A DNA stretch of 64,000 nucleotides from Macrostomum lignano. Lineage: Eukaryota. Each line of letters opens with the position of its first letter. The first letter of the stretch is position 1. The stretch is from contig NIVC01002252.1 in NCBI GenBank assembly GCA_002269645.1, positions 1-64,000 of the forward strand. The letters run 5' to 3'. The position numbers and the translations under genes were made by a program. The notes below the pieces were generated by a model, which did no database searches, had not been told where the DNA came from, and worked only from the letters and a program-made list of their open reading frames with translations. Shown in pieces: positions 46,960-58,732 of this stretch.

Positions 46960-49770
46960 TTTTGCTGCTGACTGTTAATTGCTGCTGACTGTTAATTACT
47001 GCTGACTGTTAATTACTGCTGACTGTTAATTACTGCTGACTGTTAATTACTGCTGACTGTTAATTATTGCTGACTGTTAATTACTGCTGACTGTTAATTA
47101 CTGCTGACTGTTAATTACTGCTGACTGTTAATTACTGCTGACTGTTAATTACTGCTGACTGTTAATTACTGCTGACTGTTAATTACTGCTGACTGTTAAT
47201 TACTGCTGACTGTTAATTATTGCTGACTGTTAATTACTGCTGACTGTTAATTACTGCTGACTGTTAATTACTGCTGACTGTTAATTACTGCTGACTGTTA
47301 ATTACTGCTGACTGTTAATTGCTGCTGACTGTTAATTACTGCTGACTGTTAATTACTGCTGACTGTTAATTACTGCTGACTGTTAATTACTGCTGACTGT
47401 TAATTACTGCTGACTGTTAATTACTGCTGACTGTTAATTACTGCTGACTGTTAATTACTGCTGACTGTTAATTACTGCTGACTGTTAATTATTGCTGACT
47501 GTTAATTACTGCTGACTGTTAATTACTGCTGACTGTTAATTACTGCTGACTGTTAATTACTGCTGACTGTTAATTACTGCTGACTGTTAATTACTGCTGA
47601 CTGTTAATTACTGCTGACTGTTAATTACTGCTGACTGTTAATTATTGCTGACTGTTAATTACTGCTGACTGTTAATTACTGCTGACTGTTAATTACTGCT
47701 GACTGTTAATTACTGCTGACTGTTAATTACTGCTGACTGTTAATTGCTGCTGACTGTTAATTACTGCTGACTGTTAATTACTGCTGACTGTTAATTACTG
47801 CTGACTGTTAATTACTGCTGACTGTTAATTACTGCTGACTGTTAATTACTGCTGACTGTTAATTACTGCTGACTGTTAATTACTGCTGACTGTTAATTGC
47901 TGCTGACTGTTAATTACTGCTGACTGTTAATTACTGCTGACAGTTTTACTGCTGACTGTTAATTACTGCTGACTGTTAATTGCTGCTGACTGTTAATTAC
48001 TGCTGACTGTTAATTACTGCTGACAGTTTTACTGCTGACTGTTAATTGCTGCTGACTGTTAATTATTGCTGACTGTTAATTACTGCTGACTGTTAATTAC
48101 TGCTGACTGTTAATTACTGCTGACAGTTTTACTGCTGACTGTTAATTACTGCTGACAGTTTTACTGCTGACTGTTAATTACTGCTGACTGTTAATTACTG
48201 CTGACTGTTAATTGCTGCTGACTGTTAATTACTGCTGACTGTTAATTACTGCTGACTGTTAATTACTGCTGACTGTTAATTACTGCTGACAGTTTTACTG
48301 CTGACTGTTAATTGCTGCTGACTGTTAATTACTGCTGACTGTTAATTACTGCTGACTGTTAATTACTGCTGACTGTTAATTACTGCTGACTGTTAATTAC
48401 TGCTGACTGTTAATTACTGCTGACTGTTAATTACTGCTGACTGTTAATTACTGCTGACAGTTTTACTGCTGACTGTTAATTACTGCTGACTGTTAATTAC
48501 TGCTGACTGTTAATTACTGCTGACAGTTTTACTGCTGACTGTTAATTACTGCTGACTGTTAATTACTGCTGACTGTTAATTGCTGCTGACTGTTAATTAC
48601 TGCTGACTGTTAATTACTGCTGACTGTTAATTACTGCTGACTGTTAATTACTGCTGACTGTTAATTACTGCTGACTGTTAATTACTGCTGACTGTTAATT
48701 ACTGCTGACTGTTAATTGCTGCTGACTGTTAATTACTGCTGACTGTTAATTACTGCTGACTGTTAATTACTGCTGACAGTTTTACTGCTGACTGTTAATT
48801 GCTGCTGACTGTTAATTACTGCTGACTGTTAATTACTGCTGACTGTTAATTACTGCTGACTGTTAATTACTGCTGACTGTTAATTACTGCTGACTGTTAA
48901 TTACTGCTGACTGTTAATTACTGCTGACTGTTAATTACTGCTGACTGTTAATTGCTGCTGACTGTTAATTACTGCTGACTGTTAATTACTGCTGACAGTT
49001 TTACTGCTGACTGTTAATTACTGCTGACTGTTAATTACTGCTGACTGTTAATTACTGCTGACAGTTTTACTGCTGACTGTTAATTACTGCTGACTGTTAA
49101 TTACTGCTGACTGTTAATTGCTGCTGACTGTTAATTACTGCTGACTGTTAATTACTGCTGACTGTTAATTACTGCTGACTGTTAATTACTGCTGACTGTT
49201 AATTACTGCTGACTGTTAATTACTGCTGACTGTTAATTACTGCTGACTGTTAATTGCTGCTGACTGTTAATTACTGCTGACTGTTAATTACTGCTGACTG
49301 TTAATTACTGCTGACTGTTAATTACTGCTGACTGTTAATTACTGCTGACTGTTAATTACTGCTGACTGTTAATTACTGCTGACTGTTAATTACTGCTGAC
49401 TGTTAATTGCTGCTGACTGTTAATTACTGCTGACTGTTAATTACTGCTGACTGTTAATTACTGCTGACAGTTTTACTGCTGACTGTTAATTACTGCTGAC
49501 TGTTAATTATTGCTGACTGTTAATTACTGCTGACTGTTAATTACTGCTGACAGTTTTACTGCTGACTGTTAATTACTGCTGACTGTTAATTACTGCTGAC
49601 TGTTAATTACTGCTGACTGTTAATTGCTGCTGACTGTTAATTACTGCTGACTGTTAATTACTGCTGACTGTTAATTACTGCTGACAGTTTTACTGCTGAC
49701 TGTTAATTACTGCTGACTGTTAATTACTGCTGACTGTTAATTGCTGCTGACTGTTTAATTACTGCTGACA
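46960..49770. repeat. 17-bp satellite (CTGTTAATTACTGCTGA) x about 165, A6 intron 7
   Basis: Near-perfect array with recurring A>G, C>T and 15-bp (CAGTTTTACTGCTGA) variants. Confidence 0.98.
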
Positions 49771-50004
49771 TTTAAACGACTTCCAGCTAGAAACAGCTGT
49801 CGCAAAAAATCACAACAATCAGACCCTGGTGGCGGTGGCGTCTCAGTTCAGATTCCAGGTCAGCGCCGCGATGCTGAACGGCACATTAAAATGCGAGGGC
49901 AGGTTTACAGACCAAGTGAGGGAAATTGTTCCAGTGCAGACCAATTTGCGCTATTTTCTATCAGCAATAAGTGGTAAGCTTTTTTAGAAAAATATTTCAT
50001 AACT

Positions 50005-50276
50005 ATCAACAATAACAAAAAATACGCGGCCCCGCAAGCAAAGGCCACACGAAGTCCGCTCCGTTGGCAGTGTCGGGCGCTCTAGCATCGCACAGCAGGC
50101 AGTCCACGTATCGACGGGTTCGGGCCTGACCCCGCCTGAACGGGTCCTGCAAGGTGAGCAGCAGGACGTCCTGAATCGGTTGGGGCCAGTAGCCCTCGGC
50201 CCGGATCACGTGGCCCGCCAGTTGTCCCGACGGTGGCCCGACGTGGCCCGACGGTCTCTTACTGCGAGGACTCTTA
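50005..50276. mobile_element. GC-rich 272-bp insertion of unknown class with a 6-bp TSD
   Basis: ATAACT at 49999-50004 and 50277-50282; the insert is absent from the homologous A2 intron. Confidence 0.55.
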
Positions 50277-50408
50277 ATAACTGGATGCTTACATTTTTGT
50301 TTTCAATTCAGCTGTCTAATTTTGGTACCCTATGATTCCCCGTCTGTCTGCATAAGATTCGAGCTCCAAACCTTTAAAAAACTGCTGCTTTTTAATTCTT
50401 TAAGTCTT

Positions 50409-50492
50409 TGACTTACTTGACTTAGCTGCCGGGGGCTCCGTGCGTTCGGAAACAGCGAGGAGGCGTTGCCGCCCGTTTCGCTAACCCCTGGC
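50409..50492 (-). mobile_element. 5'-truncated 3' end of a LINE related to the 25-31 kb element
   Basis: CTTACTTGACTTAGCTGC...ACAGCGAGGAGGCG...CGCCCGTTTCGCTAACCCCTG aligns with 25382-25456. Confidence 0.65.
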
Positions 50493-51635
50493 GACGATTT
50501 TTCAAGTCAATTTTAATCCAAGCAAAATGGCAATCGTTACAGAGCCCTGCTTGACGGTCATCCACCTGATCAGCATCCACCATCGATGGCTCACAGTCAG
50601 AGTGACGTCACAGCAGTGCAGCGTATGGAATGTCAGCCACAGTTGCTGGCTAACTTAAATCGGTGGAGGTGCAGCCGCCAGTAATTCGTCAAAAATGAGC
50701 AGCGCACAGGTAAGTTCAGAGGAATCGCAATGCCTATTAGCAATTAATTGATGATTACAGAAACTCGCCAATGCAAACTGCAGCAGACCGGCTTTAGCAG
50801 CTCTCACTGGGCTCGGCTGCCTGGAGGTCAGGAAAGCCGGGACTGGCTGGTCAGGTGCAGCGTCAGTCAGTCAGGCCTCCCATACCCGGATGTTGAAGCC
50901 AATTTCTCAACTGGAAGTGAGTGCTGACCAAATAGCTGCAGATCTGATTTTACCTTAAAGATAGCACTAAAATCAATGGCCTCATTTCAATCGCACAGCG
51001 AAATCGTCCGCGAACGCCAAGCGAATATTCGTCAACATATTTCTGCTCGCAGTCGCAGCCTCCGCCATCGGTCTGGGCTGCAAGCTGGCTGTCAGATTCT
51101 CCAGAGTGAGAAGGACGTCCTCGCCATGTGATGAGTCGAATGATGACGAGCTTAGCAGCAAAACCTGGGTAAGTGAGCACAGCACAGTCTCCAAAACAGT
51201 CTCAGGGGCCTATCATTGGGCATGGTGCATCCAAGGATTATGTAACTTATCTCGGAATGGTTATGTTGCCAATGCGACGCACTCAAGCGTACAATCAAAT
51301 ATGCTATCATACGGTCGTACCAGTAGCCATCAACTTTATGGGCATGTTGCAATGATGGTAAAAGTACTGCACAAGCTGCTTACAACTGAAGTTCTACTTT
51401 GCAAAAACTGCAAGCCATTCCATTAATAACTTTAAGGGCTCGCAAAATTGACAATGTCATTGAAAAGCGAACTTCAATTGCAAATTCGGATGAAAACTGG
51501 CTTATGTTACCTGCTTTATTCTGCAATGCGTTTTTAACAGTAAAAACTAAATTTATTGCTATCTACTGGAACTTCGCTACGAGCGTATTGAAAGTGAAAC
51601 AGTTAACTGGCTAAAACTAATAGGTTTATTGATGT

Positions 51636-51636
<1 letters not shown>

Positions 51637-51686
<50 letters not shown>
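51637..51686. repeat. (TG)n microsatellite
   Basis: Perfect dinucleotide run in the last intron of A6. Confidence 0.97.
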
Positions 51687-51687
<1 letters not shown>

Positions 51688-53889
51688 CTTTTGAAAATCT
51701 GTGATTCACGTGTTAGACATCAATGTGTCAGTCTGCTGTTTTAGTGCTGATTGAAATGCTTTAAATTTGTAGGCCAAGCAATTAATTTGTTATACTTGTA
51801 AATTCCCCTAGCTCTCAAGGCCGAATTTTAGATTCAAAACGGGATGGTCTTTATTTATTTGAGACCGACATTTTATTACGAGTATTCCATTAAATCAAGA
51901 CATAACTATTCACCAATCAGTACAACCCTATTTACTTCGTATATAATAGCAATCTTTTGATATTGGAGATCATAAAGATTTTGGATTCATGCTGTAGCAT
52001 GAAATTGATGGACTTTATTTGGCTTGCCTACGTAATTTCTCAACTGTGCACATTCATGCTACTACAGGTAGCATCCCAGCGCGATGCTGTCGAGACCTTC
52101 CAGATGCCAACTCTGCTGAACGAATTCGCAATTCACGGCGACGGAGTGTCCGCTGGCAGCAGCGAATACGACTACCCAACCCAATGAGAAACTGGAGACC
52201 TGCAAAAATGCGACTCATTGGGCCTACCAACAGGGGCCGTTACTTCCATCACGCCTCAAACTACTGATTAAGAGTTAGGTGTACAGCCTGGAAGTGAAAC
52301 TTGAGTCTTCTTTTAACTTTACTGGTGACCTTGGTGCATGCAGGGTTTATCCACGCTATTATATATTCAGTAGTAAGCTTGCATATGAGCTCTGTGTGTA
52401 TTGCAGCTCGATATGGTTATTTAATGCTGATTTGATCCACTAGTCTGTACATGTATTTTCTCTGATAATTTGCAATACAGTGTCTGTGAACACCATCCAT
52501 CTATTCACGTGATTTAAACCTAAGAAATAATAACACCCAAATATCTGATTCTCCTATCATAGAGCAACTCATCTCAATGCATGAAATCGCGATTCAAAAC
52601 ACGACAGATATCTGAGATACTCTAGGATAGAAAGCCAGATCTGAAAGCTTGGGCGTATCTCTGGCTCACCAGGCGCGACTGACGCTACAATAAAAACAGT
52701 AGTAAGCAATGGAAAGGTTCTAGTGAAATCGGCAGTTTGCAATTAATAAATATACGAGCGTAATTTTGCACAAATCTGATCGAGCGTACATGTATTTAGG
52801 TCATCAAAAATTTATTTTCAGCATATCGGACTGGCCGAAAGCGCCACACGATTCTCATCAAATTTATAACTTCGACAAGAATGCAGCATCTCTCACCAAA
52901 GCGTTCAACCGGAAACTCACAGCTCTTCCTGCCTCGATGCTTCTTCCGAATGAACTGTCGAGAAAAAGCTGATATCTACTTGTATACACGTTAGCAAACC
53001 GGGCCGCAGAAGGGGGGGCGAAAAATCGGGCCAAACGAGCCCGGCGAGAGCGAGAGCATTTTACGCGAAATCAAAGTGTCACAAGCAAAGTTACCGGTAA
53101 TTCGCTAAGTAAACAGACTTTCAGATTGCAATCCACAACATTGAGCTAAAGGATATCCCACATAAAGTGCTAGATTTTAAAATGGAATCTTTTTTATCAC
53201 AAGTTAGGCACGCATATTGTCTGTATAGTTAGTTTCATCAAATTTGGCTCAAGTTCAGCTCAGTTTGACATTTTAAAATGGCCTCCGACCCATTATTCTC
53301 CGTGTGCGATTCTCCATAAACCCTTGTAAAATCTAGTAAGACGTTGGTCAAAAAAGTTTTACTAAACAGATTAACAAAAGACAGTCCCAAACTGAGGATC
53401 AAAACCCACTGGAGATATAAGCATATCCTCAAAAAAGCGTGAAGACAAGTCCCAATAACATCTGATTTCGTTACAGCTTTTTAAAATTTAAATTGAGTTG
53501 TTCCTCATTTGAAAGTTCGACAATAATCTAATTTTCATAAAACTTTCATATCAATAAAGGGAAAACAACCACCGTCTAACGTCACTCTGGTGCTACGATG
53601 GCCAGTTTAGGTAGAGAATTTCTACCAGGCAACAGAGTTAGAAAGGTAGAGAGATTTGCCTCATGGCAAAATCAGCATTTAAAGCACCAAACACCAGATA
53701 GAGGGAATGCTAGTGCAGTTCACTGCATGCAATCAGATATGATGGCCTTTTATGCTGATTGCCGCATGCAACGCAACAATTTATATACCACTGAATATAA
53801 AACAAGCTGACCAAAGTCTCCGATTGTCAATCTTCAACCGGAAAACCAGAAACAGAGTTGTAACAATACAGATTCTTATTAGAAGAATA

Positions 53890-56800
53890 ATGAAAAATTC
53901 ACTTTGGCATCTGCTGCCTCTGCTGCTGAGCATGCGAGTTGCTGAATCATTGAACTGCTCCGCTGTGAATCGCACGGGTGAGTCAGTGGCTCTTTAGGAG
54001 CAGCTCAAGCCTACATGTAGCAAAGCAATAAGGCTGCAAATATTTAGCGATACATTTCCAGTGACAGTGCAGCTGAGCAGGGCTGACGTTCTGCGCACCT
54101 GGCAACCCAGCGGTGCGCACTGCCGTTGGTGGGAGAGTCGGCAGTCAGAGACAAACCGATTCCCTGCTGCTGTGCGGTCCGGGCCTCGGTGGCTTGTGAT
54201 GCAGCTGAGGCAGCCGATGATGCTGGAGGCGGTGAGCGTGCGAGACTGGGGTGAGTGATGTTGACCGACTCATTCTCATGATGCATGATGAGGCAGAGGG
54301 AGTCTGGGATACAGTGTGTGAGACAGTGTGAGACCAGCTAGCATCTAATTAGCACTCTGAGACAGTGTGAGACCAGCTAGCATCTAATTAGCACTCTGAG
54401 ACAGTGTGAGACCAGCTAGCATCTAATTAGCACTCTGACACAGTGTGAGACCAGCTAGCATCTAATTAGCACTCTGAGACAGTGTGAGACCAGCTAGCAT
54501 CTAATTAGCACTCTGAGACAGTGTGAGACCAGCTAGCAGCCAAGCACTCGTGTTGCAGATGGCCAGTGGCTCGCAGCAGCTCCGGTCGGCTCGCCCGTGT
54601 CAGCGGTCGGAGCCTCGAGCCTCCCGCTGGAGCTGCAGCTGGAGGATCCGTGCCGCGCCAGCTGGGAGGCCTTCGGCAGCAGCGACCGCTGGAGGCAGGT
54701 CGGACATGGCGAAGCGGTAATGCGGGTGCAGCAAATGTTTGATTTTATTGCCGCCTCAAGCAGATCATGTTGCACTTCAGGTTTTGACAACGTTTATCCG
54801 GCTACTCAGCGAGAGTTCGCTTGCTTGGCAGGCCATAAATATCTCAGGAAAGTTTGCTAATTTCACTTTGCTGATCTCATTTAGTCTGTTTTCTATTGAC
54901 AATAAATATTTCCAGGCCGCCATGCATTGATGTGCATCAACATGAACCTGTTCAGTAACCTTCTCTTCCATCGGCTCGGCCTCTTCGTCAGCGAAGACGC
55001 TCAACATTCGATTTCTTGGATCAACCTCTTTGTAGATAGCTGCAGCTTCGGCAATGCCGCCTGCTGGCTTTCCGATTCTTCTGGAAGAATTGTCAGCGCA
55101 ACGCTGGTGAGCGGGCCATCAAGGACCTTGGTTTTCAAGCATGCATTCGATTGTGCATTCAGTAGGCTGAGGAAGTACTCAACTGGCTTTAGGTTGGCTC
55201 GTCTCGAGCTGATGAAAGTGGGATTCGGACTCACAAGCTCGAGTTTGGAGCTCTTCCTGATGACCACGGAAAGCTGCTGCAGTGCGGCTTGAGCACTTCT
55301 CAAGGCGCTGTTCTGCTCAAGAAGCTGCTGTTGTGGGAAGGTGCTCTTCTTTTGCTTTTCTTTGTTTTCGCAGCGGTGATTGAACTGCAGATCATATTGC
55401 AACTGGAGTTTAGTTTAGGGATGGATGGAGACGCTGATGGATCGCAGACTCAGGTGTACCCTCGACAGTCTCAGATTAAGTTTTAAGCTTTTTATTTAAC
55501 GCCATGTTAAAAATATTTATTTTTAGTTTCAGTCAAAGCTCTGCACATCTCAGCTTTGCCAGTCCTGGTTGCTGGGCAGCTGGCAAAGCTCAGCGTGTTC
55601 TCAGATTCTTTGCCTGAGGCTCAGCACCGCTGCTTCATCGGGAGGCCGGGGTCGCAGCGAAGTCGAAACCTCACTGCTCTGAGCACTGTAATTTCCTGAT
55701 AATTGCGAATGCATTGCCTGCGCGTTCCATGAAATGAACTTTCCTTCTTGATTTTCAATTTCAGAGCGAGTCAAAAACCATCGACAGCTGGAACAGAACA
55801 CTCGTCAGAGTTCGCTCAGAGTTCGGTTTTAATGTATCCATGGCTGATCAAAATTCCATCATCATGTGCAAAGGAACTGCTGGATCAGAAAGGAAGGAGG
55901 CTACTTGGTATCAAAGCATTTCAGAAATCAGTGGTATGAATATTTAAAAGAATTTTGGGGAACTATGATAATAAATCAAAAAAGAAGAATAACTTTAAGA
56001 GGATTTTTTCTTTATTCGCTGACATCTTTGGCAACCTAGCATGCGCCGTGTAGTCCTCATTGGCCCTTAAAGTCCTCTTGACTGCCCTAACAAGCCGGAA
56101 CATAAGTATGCTTCATCAGTCTGTGCTTCATCTTTCAGAGCCCTGCGAGACAGCCGTGGACTTGGGACCGGAGAAATTCTGGCTGGTGGGGCAGATCAAG
56201 CTGGTTCAGGTGATCTCTAAGCGCTGCAGCATCTGGAATGTGAGCCACAGCTGCTGGCTGAAACTGAATGGTGATGCTGCAGTCAGCACACCGCTTCAGA
56301 AAGTGCAAGTGAGTGAAAATCACCTTTGGTAAATTCTTAATGAACAAACTTCATTCAGGTCTAGAATATGTCAGCTGTCTTCACCTTTGCACCAATTTCG
56401 GTTACAGCAGGGTGAGTTCAACAGCACTCACGAGCTTCGGGTATTCGAGGCGATGACCCGTCAGAATTGGCAGGTTTTGTGCAGCGTCAATCAGTCTGGA
56501 GTTGAGCACAGTGACTCAGAAAGCAGTCTGAGCAGTGCACCAGCTGTTTTTTGTGAGTCATTTAAAGTTTTTAACGTTTCTGTTCAATTTGAATCGAAAA
56601 AATCAAAAGCCGAATCTTTCTTGTCATTGGAAAAACCTCAAGGCAAAGCCAGCAGGTCAACGCTTGAACTCGCGTTAGCCTACGTCTTTAACAGCCATTC
56701 TGAAGTTCACGTGCGTGCAGTTTATCAAAATAAAAACCAAAACCTACTACTTCCTGTGCACAGCATCAACTGCTCAGTTGCAGATGAGGCATCGTCAAAG

Positions 56801-57795
56801 CTTAGCAATATCAGCAAGACTGAATGGTACGGTTTACTGAAACTGAGATGGAGCCGCTCATCTGTGAATGTCTGCTGCTCCAGTTACCAAACTTATGCTG
56901 GATTGACTGTCTTTAAGTCTCTGCAGTGCAAATCTTTAACCCAACAGCCCGTTGGTAAAGACGGTGAGCAGATGTTTGTGGTTACTAATCTACAGTCATC
57001 TTCATTAACAGATGAGCAGCATTTGACAAGATTCTAATAAAGACTTTCTTAGCTCTGTTAATAGCCAGCCTTCATACCGGTAGGATTTAAAAAATGGAAT
57101 GTCTGGTTCTTTTAACAGAGTCGTCTTAGATTGAAACAGGAAATTCTCAACCGGAAATAATTAGAATATGTTATCATGACTTAAATGTAATACACTCGTG
57201 GGACACAATACTTCGTTGACGATTTGCAGCTCATAGCGACGATCGCTTGACAATGTTTTTCTCGCTTCTATTGGCTTCTGTACTGGCTTCACTAGTTGTG
57301 GGCTTTCTTCTGTCTGCAATATACCACAAATTTGATATACTTTTTACTTGCGAGAGAAATTCGGTGAGTCATATAGAAGCATGAAATTCAATTTTAAGTC
57401 TGCCCCTAAGGGTTCCACGTCACCATTCGTACCATTTTTGTACTATGCTCAAACATAACCCATGTATAGTTCAATTTCCCTAGTATGTGTTCTTAGTGCT
57501 TCGACAATGACATGGTAATTTTTAATTGATACTTCGGGAACGGATGTATTTTCAGCCACGGAGAGGTCACGCTGGACAATGTCCAAGTCAGCACAATGCA
57601 GGTCAGGCCGTCCCAATGCGAATACGGAACAACTTCGCAGTGCAAAGTGACTCACGTGGCAGCAGTGAATACGACTACCCAATAACTGAGCAGTCAGGAA
57701 GCTACGAAAATGAGCAGTTGGGTCACGAAGGTGCCTACACGCAGGTGCTGCTGGCTCCTTTACAGGGATTACTGAATGAAGGTCAATCAGACTGA
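53890..57795 (+). CDS. Family A receptor A7, paralogue of A3 (about 726 aa)
   Basis: Exons 53890-53977, 54062-54250, 54559-54716, 54781-54847 (GA donor), 54916-55106, 55193-55340, 55527-55687, 55765-55933, 56139-56308, 56408-56552, 56643-56963, 57230-57363, 57556-57795; stop-free; tail EYDYP, SYENE, AYTQV. Confidence 0.75.
54312..54540. repeat. 39-bp minisatellite, about 6 units, A7 intron 2
   Basis: Same unit as in A1. Confidence 0.95.
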
Positions 57796-58180
57796 AAATA
57801 CTACTTGAGTCAGTAGAGTATTCCAGTAAGAACTCGAGAGGCTGTGGGATAGATTTTGACATTGTTGCTTGCCGAGTGCACCAGTGTCAAATATTCAGCC
57901 ATGCGAGTCATAATTAAACACTTCAAACCGAATCTGACTTGGCCACAAGTCGGTAATTCTGATGCTTAATACTGTCCAGTACTGATTTATCACTTTGTGC
58001 ACTACTTAATAGCTCTGATTCTTATCGTTTTTAGAGTAGTAAAAAGTGAAAAGTAAAAATTAGAATTTTTTGTGGCTATAGAATTTTACTTTTTTTAAGC
58101 GACTTATTGAAGCGGCCCTTCCTCTGGTGCTATTCCAGTTCAAACTTTGCTTCTTTAACAGTAATTAAACTTGATTTTGA

Positions 58181-58732
58181 GTAACTCCCTATTTTGATTA
58201 ATAAAACAATGTACATTATATTTTTTTATTCTCAAAAAATTAATCATAAAAGGTAGGCATAAATGGTAAGTTATCTCTAAAATTCAATATGTGCCCCAGA
58301 TCTTTCCACCAGCTGCTGCAAACGTTCAGGAATGGCATCCACTGACTTTCTCAGAAACTCCGCTGGGATGGTGGACATGACTCCCCTAATTCGATCCTCC
58401 AGTTCTTCGAGTGTCGTTGGTTTCGAGCGGTAGACTTCTTCCTTTACCCAACCCCAAAGAAAAAAGTCGCAGGGTGTCAAATCCGGGCTCCTGGATGGCC
58501 ATTCATATGGACCACGACGTCCCAACCAACGCCCCGGAAAGCGAGCATCCAGCGCTCCTGAAGTGTTAACTGCTGAGCCATGTTACAGTTTTATCTGAAA
58601 TAAAAAACAAAACTATCAATCAAATTATACCCTTTGAGAGAATTAATCATAAAAATATGACAATGCAGTAACAAATTATATACAATTTATAAGTAATTTA
58701 AAATAGGGAGTTACTTTCCGCCCACCCTGTAT
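58181..58732 (-). mobile_element. Internally deleted Tc1/mariner element
   Basis: Transposase C-terminus FPGRWLGRRGPYEWPSRSPDLTPCDFFLWG...VY. TIR TACAGGGTGGGCGGAAAGTAACTCCCTATTTT at the right end (minus strand) and a partial copy GTAACTCCCTATTTT at 58181. Absent from the homologous region near 16.8 kb. Confidence 0.85.

Larger units (their letters stand above)
44232..52187 (+). pseudogene. Family A copy A6 (3 Ig-like domains, TM), one in-frame TAA in Ig3 and a shortened tail
   Basis: Exons 44232-44325, 44415-44603, 45871-46031, 46119-46191, 46284-46459, 46536-46662, 46740-46900, 49823-49973, 50543-50709 (TAA 50656), 50784-50916, 50999-51168, 52068-52187; all phases are consistent. Confidence 0.78.

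Noticed and set aside
50999-51168. Lys near the A6 TM as an activating-receptor (adaptor-binding) charge
   Set aside because: It lies at the cytoplasmic edge next to basic stop-transfer residues, not mid-membrane, and is not shared by paralogues.
38215-54450. RAG heptamer-like CACTGTG/CACAGTG in minisatellite units next to Ig-type genes
   Set aside because: Most units read CACTCTG/GACAGTG, exact heptamers are sporadic variants, and no nonamer (ACAAAAACC) lies at 12 or 23 nt; no support for V(D)J-type signals.
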